IMG/VR virus record: IMGVR_UViG_3300034073_001408
DNA from: an uncultured virus (IMG/VR IMGVR_UViG_3300034073_001408)
Lineage: Duplodnaviria > Heunggongvirae > Uroviricota > Caudoviricetes
Length of the DNA stretch: 64,000 nucleotides
Direction: 5' to 3' (one strand)
Shown here: piece after piece, positions 58,501 through 64,000 of the stretch
Layout of the letters: each line of letters opens with the position of its first letter
Numbering within the stretch: position 1 is the stretch's first letter
The notes under the pieces: generated by a model
Told to the model about the DNA's origin: nothing
Seen by the model: the letters and a program-made list of their open reading frames with translations, nothing else
Database searches by the model: none
Made by a program: the position numbers and the translations under genes

Positions 58501-59549
58501 GTAGAAAACTCATCAGCAAGAGTAGCTAATTTAGATTCGCGTAATGATTTAAATATATCATCAAAAAAAGTTGATGTCTTACTTGCTACATCCGAAGATG
58601 CGCCAGCGACTTTAGTTGCATCTGTCAGTGCTGTTAGTCTATTCGATATAGATTCATTTAGACTCTTAAACGAAGATCCCACTTTGCTAAAACCAGCAGA
58701 AATATCATCCAATATTAATGAAAATGCTTTCGCTAAATTTGATTCGGAAAATACTTTAATAGCGTCAGATACTGTTCCAAAAATCTTAGTTTTTAGTTCA
58801 TTAAATCCTAGCTTCATCAGATCACGAACAAAATCTAATCCTTCACCAAACATGCGAATGAAGCTACGAATTCCATCTCCTATTTGATCAAATTTGAGTA
58901 ACTTACTCAACCCATCGAATTTAAAAAGTTTCTTTAGATTATCAATCCAACCACCCAAAAGGTCACTCAGTTTGGGGAATTTAATTTTTTGAAAATACTT
59001 GAGAATATCATCAAATATGTTTCCAAATTTACTTGGAATCTTCTTCAAAAAGTCTGGTATAGCTTTCAGAAAGTCTGGAATTTTCTTCAAAAAATCTGGT
59101 ATCGCTTTGACGAGATCAACAACTTTACCCAGACCACCTTTCAAAAAGTCCTTTACTGCTTGTAGCATTTTTCCTAGAGGAGAAAGCATATCAAACAAAG
59201 AACTCTTCTTAGTGAGTGCTTCTAGAATCTTAGCTACATCTTTTTGAATGAGTTCGAGATTAGACGCCATCGACTGAAATAGATCACGCACTGAGTCGTC
59301 ATACTTTTTCTTTTCATTCTGACGCTCTTCTTCAAAGCCGCGAGTTCTTTGCTCTCTTTGCTGCTCACTTTTTTCAGATGTTTGTTGACGCTTCTCTAAT
59401 CGTCTAAATCCACGCTCAAGTGCACCAACCATAGGAGTGAATCCAACAGCACCAGACATAGAAGATTTGATGCCGCTGGATACACTCTTGAGTGATGACT
59501 TGATTGACGATGAGATTGCTTCGCCTAGAGATTTTGCTTGATCAGCCAT
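52557..59549 (-). CDS. Tape-measure/baseplate hub protein (gp29-like) with internal Zn-peptidase-like domain
   Basis: 2330 aa, amphipathic repeats, LVGEAGPE motif, SLHTKGLAFD..HFHV; downstream of gp26/51. Confidence 0.75.
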   Translation of the reverse strand: MADQAKSLGEAISSSIKSSLKSVSSGIKSSMSGAVGFTPMVGALERGFRRLEKRQQTSEKSEQQREQRTRGFEEERQNEKKKYDDSVRDLFQSMASNLELIQKDVAKILEALTKKSSLFDMLSPLGKMLQAVKDFLKGGLGKVVDLVKAIPDFLKKIPDFLKAIPDFLKKIPSKFGNIFDDILKYFQKIKFPKLSDLLGGWIDNLKKLFKFDGLSKLLKFDQIGDGIRSFIRMFGEGLDFVRDLMKLGFNELKTKIFGTVSDAIKVFSESNLAKAFSLILDDISAGFSKVGSSFKSLNESISNRLTALTDATKVAGASSDVASKTSTFFDDIFKSLRESKLATLADEFSTKVSTSFTELFAAFRTSKFTLIADEFFVGFKLIATDLMGLIKLPNFAELGMMFDLGKQIQGFDELKYLFGETGFLGKVFTAAGGALAYISKSWGVVSGVFTKITDVFKFLFDIPELMVILEKAKPLFSNVLKKLPFIGWIISAVEGIFASFDTDQIAKDLNKVKEDVSWMDRLSAFFGGLIGSVIGGLIDAVKWIINSVFGTDFKVDGQESMQSRMTAYMTNFFNDIFSIIGSTFTLLKGLITFDKGTIDRAGVDLSNTFSSMIGDLTDVLSRYISDPAKKIYNAAITFIEGIANWMTEGVNGMIAAAIDSIPSRFETRFGTIEFISDEMKAGWKERLSISKTDLSSMKADTTPSVMGKADNQSAAETARLSRSGNKGYTETDLRDLGINVPKRGPEQAQKAGAFIAPQTIEGAKSVQAAFPYASFTGFNDKYHEEKAPASLHTKGLAFDFVIPQNMAMNDDVRKSIATAVANITGGKVIDEYANPSANSTGGHFHVSLDGSTGVDLGKGTFGGKNASSQSALSSSMPTSSSSAPSSAKQIVTVTGKKLPKEAADTSLVDISIFSSYESAIESLTNDLTNITNEIAYLAANEEKLSSEELERLINLERESEKYQRTIVDIENKKLEMQLRNDEEFSRKHIENQNKNHQESLNRLTEYENERRRLQEQFHSQMQGIFRPIVDALSGPAGTFGPEAMINAGTTLTNTLQKNFTQLGTFIFGKQYGAGIGQTFQQLAGVYLNEFINETLAPTLGMKADILNRSINTYMKGIEVVDPQLKQINASLTQSREELQKFEKEGKVTEADIIRAAGKGGFTGDQLSRIQQYNQLKATVEQQEAQKRQLADLKKQYNQSALGDLLYGMTGIALTPRNMIDQYGGADLLTKDLASVFGAPFDPLFGTNKQSYAMKAGDVVRMRELEAKMSADAITSAYDKTITPAIENAVTTGIQRGFDSQRPTTTPGGGTVVYDQNGNLVAAPQYGGGVNDPFSGPAFAQSQAGGGIPGAGGRLVGIGSNLAGAALVSALTGGRSRGNLMGGALSGVAGNLIQSLVTGKGFSLPGSIGKQFGLGDVMSWGQLFSSSASALPNKLGGMFSNMAMSNWMPNFARQGVMDFGTGITAAGQGWDGISAAFQSGNTSHMFGTAAGIAGNVLQGYQYGKMAEGLIGGEYKMNNFVDKLGDAGVAVASAVFGPIGGAIAGGIKGIANRVFGMGEKKIGARGFEGTLSGTGQNNIQQFEEWSQKGGWLRSDKSGVNVSALDAETAKAFSDITKDIGESNKKLLQNLGLSTTYGGGGKGIFGLFNRKKDITEFAEAIKISFTGKETEQERMDIITKAFEGFSDNMIKKVLPFMDQFVKDGEGASDALARLGNAFTIAEPSIRALGFIDPKTFFALPESIEGMSADYLKVYTSDLMDKLVEGFGGAEMFQQTMGTFEQLAFSEEERNQIRLDNLKQDLRVAQMELKDSGVAFSEDMFKMSLEERQDIAQQMVATAREQYNASGQTAEAAETLSDVMIAATKFLQAGVVQDQITASGANTEPVEIVFTQRERGIGAGPAGELSFDPAYSNIDTPEAILADNINSLSNAAEYTSQVVTNAVTSSSSGVIDGLTTSANTVTSALYTVEDFTSNSIDALTAATGTAIASYATAMNLTTEQTTLLVNNAASSLANTVYEVIGGEGGLGDAVSAGTDGVSTAVSEAAISMGLGMMGISESLGILGGVTGAVIGLAGQAVVDAQMDAISAQAEAISSMAEAAAAIGGSVAVAADGTVSVTAAETTAGISVASMDAALAAASADAGGQAAADSAAAAAAGVGISDGGGIAGMEGISDTGGGGGGGDGGGWASGGKFAGNHPMLVGEAGPEIVVPNQGGTVIPTHKIFEALKNASPYDSMARNAIEAVVATKKPEVVIQNVQASSSPVSSAYMQQQEMNRVLQAEKEIVTSVNNSMINQTVNNVSSPQTNIVNQSSGGVRSDNPITGAFTRSVTRPRMF

Positions 59550-59574
59550 GTTGCTTTGCTACGCCTATGTGAGT

Positions 59575-59784
59575 TTATCTTCGTCTAGCTGAAGAACGCA
59601 TTCTCGCTTCTTGTTCGCGAATTCGTTCATTCTCTTCTTTGATATGTTGAGCTAGAAGAGTCACGTAGATGTCTCTTTCAAATGGGATCATTTCTTCCAG
59701 TTCAGTCAGACTGTATTTATGATGCTGAACTAATGCGAAGTTCGTCTTGTAATGATTTATGATGTTCTCATGAGAGAGAATCAG
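59575..59784 (-). CDS. 51: Baseplate assembly protein gp51-like ORF lacking an ATG at its conserved start
   Basis: HYKTNFALVQHHKYSLTELEEMIPFERDIYVTLL; in the -1 frame relative to gp26. Confidence 0.75.
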   Translation of the reverse strand: MILSHENIINHYKTNFALVQHHKYSLTELEEMIPFERDIYVTLLAQHIKEENERIREQEARMRSSARRR

Positions 59785-60521
59785 CCGAAAAAATTCGCCA
59801 TGCCTTCAATCGTTACAGATTCATCACATCCGCACTCTGCGCAGCGCCATTTCAGCGTATGCTTTAGCTTTGGCATGTCATTGAAGAATTCTGTCAACTT
59901 CTTGAATTGATCTTGAGATAGATCATTGACAAACTCTAGAAGTTCTTTCTTTGATGAATCTTTAGCTGGATATACATTCTCTGCGTCATAGATGTAATCA
60001 ATGCTATCTGAAACTAGATCAAGCACAGACTCAATTTGAGTTTTCTGACTAGCAATTTGCATTTTGTCTGCTAAACCCATCGTTGGATACTTGAGACAAA
60101 CGCCTACACCAGTCTTCTCATCTAGTGTGATCTTGTTAGTATGATTCTCAGGCTTTTCAACTTCAACGCTCATTAGATTGAGCTTGAATTTAGTCACATG
60201 AGAGCATTCTTGAGATTCAGAATTTACACCGCCTGGATGCATTAGTTGAAGATCAATCTCTTCACCAACAGACTTTGCGCGAAGTTTGATGAAGAAATAC
60301 TCCAAGTCAAACATTGGCATCGCATCGACATCAACTTTGTCTAGTGCGCAGTTATTGATGATTTGCTTCATCGCGCGAAGCATTTCTTTTTGTTCTTTGC
60401 TTTCTAGTGCCATCAGCAAAAGTTTCTGCTCTTTCACTAGAAACGGTCTGTATTTGACTTCTTTACCGCTTGATGGTAGCGTCAATTCAAAAATTGGTGA
60501 ACTTAGTTTTGGTAAAGCCAT
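59781..60521 (-). CDS. 26: Baseplate hub assembly protein gp26
   Basis: MALPKL..LPSSG..YRPFLVKE.K.LL..DLEY.F.KLRAKSVGE..IEG..NFF. Confidence 0.88.
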   Translation of the reverse strand: MALPKLSSPIFELTLPSSGKEVKYRPFLVKEQKLLLMALESKEQKEMLRAMKQIINNCALDKVDVDAMPMFDLEYFFIKLRAKSVGEEIDLQLMHPGGVNSESQECSHVTKFKLNLMSVEVEKPENHTNKITLDEKTGVGVCLKYPTMGLADKMQIASQKTQIESVLDLVSDSIDYIYDAENVYPAKDSSKKELLEFVNDLSQDQFKKLTEFFNDMPKLKHTLKWRCAECGCDESVTIEGMANFFG

Positions 60522-60555
60522 GATTTTATCACTCCTTTATTATGTTGATGCGTTT

Positions 60556-61107
60556 TCAAAAGAAAACATACGTGTAGTATCTATACGTCATTGTTACTGC
60601 AAATCTTTGATATGTGTCAAATTCAGCCCAGCTTAGATTCATTGGGCTAACTTGAATTGGATATGCGCTGTGCATCGTGTATTCTGCAATAACTTTATCG
60701 CCATTGCTATTTAGATGAGAAATTGTTAGAACGCCTTTTGCGTAGTCATCGTAGTATTTGACAAGACCACCGCTGCCGTTTGGACTATTATGTGAACTCG
60801 GATTGACTATGTTGTTTATCCACTTCTCAAATATTCTTCTCTCTTTCATGTCTTCAGATGCAATAATAGTCAAATTGATATCATTGTAAGTGACATCATA
60901 TGCTAGTTTCTTAGTAGTGCCAGTTGACTGATCATCATATGTCGCGACAGTTCTGCCAGGCAACTCAGTAGTTTCGCATCTAAATTCTAACTTAGATATA
61001 TCATCGCTTCTACTAAAAATTGCGCTTGGCAAAGTCAATCTAGCATAGAAGAGATTTGGTCTTAGAACATTGATATTAGTTCTGAATGAATCTATGTTTA
61101 GTGACAT
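60556..61107 (-). CDS. Tail tube initiator gp54-like protein
   Basis: RPNLF..C..ELPGR..FEKW..YYDDY..AYP..Y.Y tube-fold pattern. Confidence 0.75.
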   Translation of the reverse strand: MSLNIDSFRTNINVLRPNLFYARLTLPSAIFSRSDDISKLEFRCETTELPGRTVATYDDQSTGTTKKLAYDVTYNDINLTIIASEDMKERRIFEKWINNIVNPSSHNSPNGSGGLVKYYDDYAKGVLTISHLNSNGDKVIAEYTMHSAYPIQVSPMNLSWAEFDTYQRFAVTMTYRYYTYVFF

Positions 61108-61710
61108 TTATTTTACTTTCAGTAGAGAATCTACCCAAACGTCTTGCGCAGAAGCCTTCTTGAAATTTTCTGTTGGTAAAAAGATTGCAATATCCCACTC
61201 TCTTGAAGTAATCTCTAGATAAGGCGATCTTACATGTTGCTTTAAGTATCTTTTCACGGTTGGTCTGAAGAACTTAAACTTAGATGATGCTGACAGCACT
61301 TTGTATGTAGCTAGAACTTTTGTCTTCTCGTCAAATCGTTTATCTGTAGATATTGTATAAAGAGCATTCATCAGCTTAGCTCTACCCATAGGCGGAAGAT
61401 AGTGAAAATTTATACCCAAGAAACTGTCGCTATCAATGTCTATGGGAAATATTAACGGAAACGTGTCATAATAAGGAAGCGTCTTTTTATGCTTCGGATC
61501 ATATCTGAACATATACATCATGCCTGGTTCCATCTGAGAAACTTTTCTCTTTGGTTCCCATTGTTTCTCAGCAGCGCTCGGACTCAAGCCTCGAGTGCCG
61601 CTGAGAACTTGACTCGCAGCATTTCTATACCATTCCCTGGCAAATTTTGTTTTAGCTGGTATCTGAGCCGTCGCTAGTCCGTTGCGAATTATTTCCTTGA
61701 AAATAAGCAT
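61108..61710 (-). CDS. 2: DNA end protector gp2
   Basis: YDPKHK.TLPYYD.FPL..FLGINFHYLP..KRYL. Confidence 0.9.
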   Translation of the reverse strand: MLIFKEIIRNGLATAQIPAKTKFAREWYRNAASQVLSGTRGLSPSAAEKQWEPKRKVSQMEPGMMYMFRYDPKHKKTLPYYDTFPLIFPIDIDSDSFLGINFHYLPPMGRAKLMNALYTISTDKRFDEKTKVLATYKVLSASSKFKFFRPTVKRYLKQHVRSPYLEITSREWDIAIFLPTENFKKASAQDVWVDSLLKVK

Positions 61711-61745
61711 AGATGCATTTTCCTAGTTGTGCGTTGATTGTATAT

Positions 61746-62180
61746 TTATGTCAGTTCTTTCTCAGTGATGATCTTGAATTCCCATTTTCTGTCTGTGCAA
61801 TATTCGTTAGCTGCTTTCCACTTTGCGCTGTTGACGCCCCACGTTTTGACTTCGTTGATAAAACGGCGCGTAGGCTTGCCCTCAGGTCGTTTGGGTGGTG
61901 CAGTCTGACTCTTCGGCTTTACTTCAATCAGCACTGTTCTGAGCGCTCCTGAAGCGTCTCTGTATTGAATCATGAAGTCAACAAAGTAGCGATGCACTCT
62001 GTTATCTAGCGGCGACACGTACGGTATGACAACTTCTTCTGAAGACCACTTGATGATGTTGGCGTGTGTGTCACAATACACCATGAAGCGGCGTTCGAGT
62101 AGACTGCGATATATGATGTTCGTTGGATCTCCATCATACTTTTGTGGATTCTGTGGTTTGTATTTTCCTTTATAAGACAT
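61746..62180 (-). CDS. 4: Head completion nuclease gp4
   Basis: YKGKY.P.NP.KY.GD..YRS..WSSEE..HRYFVDF..IEVKP..KW.AA. Confidence 0.92.
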   Translation of the reverse strand: MSYKGKYKPQNPQKYDGDPTNIIYRSLLERRFMVYCDTHANIIKWSSEEVVIPYVSPLDNRVHRYFVDFMIQYRDASGALRTVLIEVKPKSQTAPPKRPEGKPTRRFINEVKTWGVNSAKWKAANEYCTDRKWEFKIITEKELT

Positions 62181-62187
62181 ATAAATA
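62180..62187 (+). promoter_or_regulatory. T4-type late promoter
   Basis: TATAAATA before gp48. Confidence 0.7.
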
Positions 62188-62210
62188 GCTAAAGTAAAAC
62201 AGGAGAAGAA

Positions 62211-63242
62211 ATGGCTACAACAAGCATATTTGGTCTAACATCTAATTCAAACTCAGCAATACCCGGTGACGTAAGTCTTAGTGGATGGCCATCTAGTAGA
62301 TACGAACCACACTCAGCAAGTGATAGATATGCCCGTGCAGGCTTGACTGGAAGATATTCATATCCACACGAAGCATGGGATGAAGGATTCAACATTCCAT
62401 CTATTTATTTCAAATTCACAGATGCATTTGGCGGTAGAATATCAACAGCGCCAAAGTTAGCATTGAAAATGCCACCTAATTTCAACTTGACTGGATTCTC
62501 AGACTATGCAAGAACAGAGAACATATTTGCTACTAGTAGTGAAGTTTACAACAACATACTAGATACGGCAATCAAGTCAAAGCAACAAGAAATCAAAGAC
62601 ACTAATACAGGAGGCGACGCTACTGGAGTTCAAAAGCTAGTCGATCAAGTTGCTAAAGTCGGACTATCTGCTGCTGAAGCATTCAAGTATTCGTGGCAAA
62701 AAGCATTTGCAAATCTTGAAGGCTGGGGAGCATCTGCTGGTTTGTCTAATCTAAATCAGTATGAGTTCATGAATAGACAAGCTGTCAATCCAATGGCTCA
62801 GTTATTGTATCGTGGTCCTCAAATGCGCAGATATCAACTTCCATTCGTAATGCATCCGAAAAGTAGTATAGAAAGCAACAATATTCAAAAAATATTATCT
62901 GTGTTTAGATTAGCATCTTCGCCGTCAGTTCCTAGCACTAGTGGAACATCTATCGCTGGCATCAACATCGGCGCGGGCAATGCATTCACTTTCGGTTATC
63001 CGCACCTCACACAGTTTGACGTATTGTTCACTAATAGAAACAATAACGTCACTACAATTTATAGAAGCAAACTATGTGCAATTGAATCTGTATCTATAGA
63101 TTACGGATCACAGAAAATGACATTCTTTGAAGATGGTCGACCAACAGAAGTAACGCTAACAGTTCAATTGACTGAAGTCACGCCACGCACACTCGGTGAC
63201 GAATACGGCACAGCAATGAACTCTCAGATAACACTCAAGTAA
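62211..63242 (+). CDS. 48: Baseplate tail tube cap gp48
   Basis: NP..QLLY.GP..R..F...PKS..E; C....SIDY..DG.P...L...E; precedes gp53. Confidence 0.8.
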   Translation: MATTSIFGLTSNSNSAIPGDVSLSGWPSSRYEPHSASDRYARAGLTGRYSYPHEAWDEGFNIPSIYFKFTDAFGGRISTAPKLALKMPPNFNLTGFSDYARTENIFATSSEVYNNILDTAIKSKQQEIKDTNTGGDATGVQKLVDQVAKVGLSAAEAFKYSWQKAFANLEGWGASAGLSNLNQYEFMNRQAVNPMAQLLYRGPQMRRYQLPFVMHPKSSIESNNIQKILSVFRLASSPSVPSTSGTSIAGINIGAGNAFTFGYPHLTQFDVLFTNRNNNVTTIYRSKLCAIESVSIDYGSQKMTFFEDGRPTEVTLTVQLTEVTPRTLGDEYGTAMNSQITLK

Positions 63243-63249
63243 AACTAAA

Positions 63250-63798
63250 ATGCTGAAATTTTATCCTAAGATTCTGTACAAAATAAATGATTATGATTAT
63301 TTGAAAGTCTCAGACATTTCATTTTATGCAAAGATAAGAGACTTCGTTCGCACGTTCGGTCTGTCTAACGGTCGACCATACACCGTAGAAGATGGTGATG
63401 CTCCAGCTATAGTTTCAAATAAAATTTACGATACTCCTAGATTTGATTATTCTATACTTGTTCTGAACAACATTAGAAACATATACGATGAATGGCCGCG
63501 CAGCGACTTAGCGTTCAAAGAATACATAGAAGCTAAGTACGGAAGCGTCGATACAGCTAAAAACACTCAGTTAAATTTCTACAGATCAGACAGAAAACAA
63601 GTTTCACGCGAAACTTGGTTTCAACTCACAGATAGCGGTAAATACTTCGAAACTATCTATGACTATGAATTGAAACTAAACGATCAAAAAGCTAAGATAA
63701 GATTGTTAGACTACACAACAATTCTTTCATTTGAAGTAGAGCTACGTCAACTCACTTCTAAACTAATTGCAGAAGAAATTCAGAGAGATCAGAGTTAA
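63250..63798 (+). CDS. 53: Baseplate wedge protein gp53
   Basis: YPKI.Y, LysM-like Y.VEDGD.P..Y, NNI....EWP, KYGS, YDYE...N..K.KI.LL. Confidence 0.85.
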   Translation: MLKFYPKILYKINDYDYLKVSDISFYAKIRDFVRTFGLSNGRPYTVEDGDAPAIVSNKIYDTPRFDYSILVLNNIRNIYDEWPRSDLAFKEYIEAKYGSVDTAKNTQLNFYRSDRKQVSRETWFQLTDSGKYFETIYDYELKLNDQKAKIRLLDYTTILSFEVELRQLTSKLIAEEIQRDQS

Positions 63799-63803
63799 AA
63801 ATT

Positions 63804-64000
63804 ATGGCAACTACAATATTTGATCTAATTGATCGTCAAGGCGGCTTAGGTGGTTCTGGATACATACCCAATGACGATGATTACACTAATGCTAGACAGA
63901 TATCAAATTCATATTTTCTGTCGAACTTAGCGATCAAAATCAAAGATGGAACTTGGATTTCTATGACTGAAGTATTTCAAGACATGGAAATCTTTGAAGA
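63804..64000 (+). CDS. Partial structural protein (5' end only)
   Basis: Frame open to the window edge after gp53. Confidence 0.5.
   Translation, partial: MATTIFDLIDRQGGLGGSGYIPNDDDYTNARQISNSYFLSNLAIKIKDGTWISMTEVFQDMEIFE

Noticed and set aside
52684..59247. Plus-strand ORFs inside the 2330-aa gene
   Set aside because: Antisense shadows of biased codon usage
1..64000. Stop-codon recoding
   Set aside because: Core genes are full length in the standard code and no suppressor anticodon was found

Overview
A 64 kb segment of a large T4-like myophage genome using the standard genetic code. Core genes include nrdB, RuvC-like resolvase, RNase H, phoH, gp33, gp59, gp32, a 2330-aa tape-measure/hub protein, gp26, gp51, gp54-like, gp2, gp4, gp48 and gp53. 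Layout: metabolism and replication genes (1-10.5 kb); a cluster of 22 tRNA/tRNA-like genes mixed with structured non-coding RNAs and a lysis pair (10.7-18.3 kb); about 26 kb of small early genes punctuated by two families of repeated sigma70 promoter cassettes (19-45 kb); two GIY-YIG homing endonucleases; a permuted two-piece tmRNA; and the baseplate/tail module. The most unusual signals are: (1) six 17-22 bp G-U-rich closing stems, two of which start exactly at a tRNA CCA end, each enclosing a different structured cargo RNA; (2) a ~14-member MNERI..KFAELIV..HFGVE small-protein family with evidence of half-gene swapping at conserved DNA boxes; (3) non-canonical tRNAs (D-armless 8/4 Tyr, long-V-arm Ile-UAU, A54/U58 T-loops); (4) a candidate -1 frameshift joining gp26 to gp51. 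All calls come from reading the sequence by eye; no database searches or folding programs were run.
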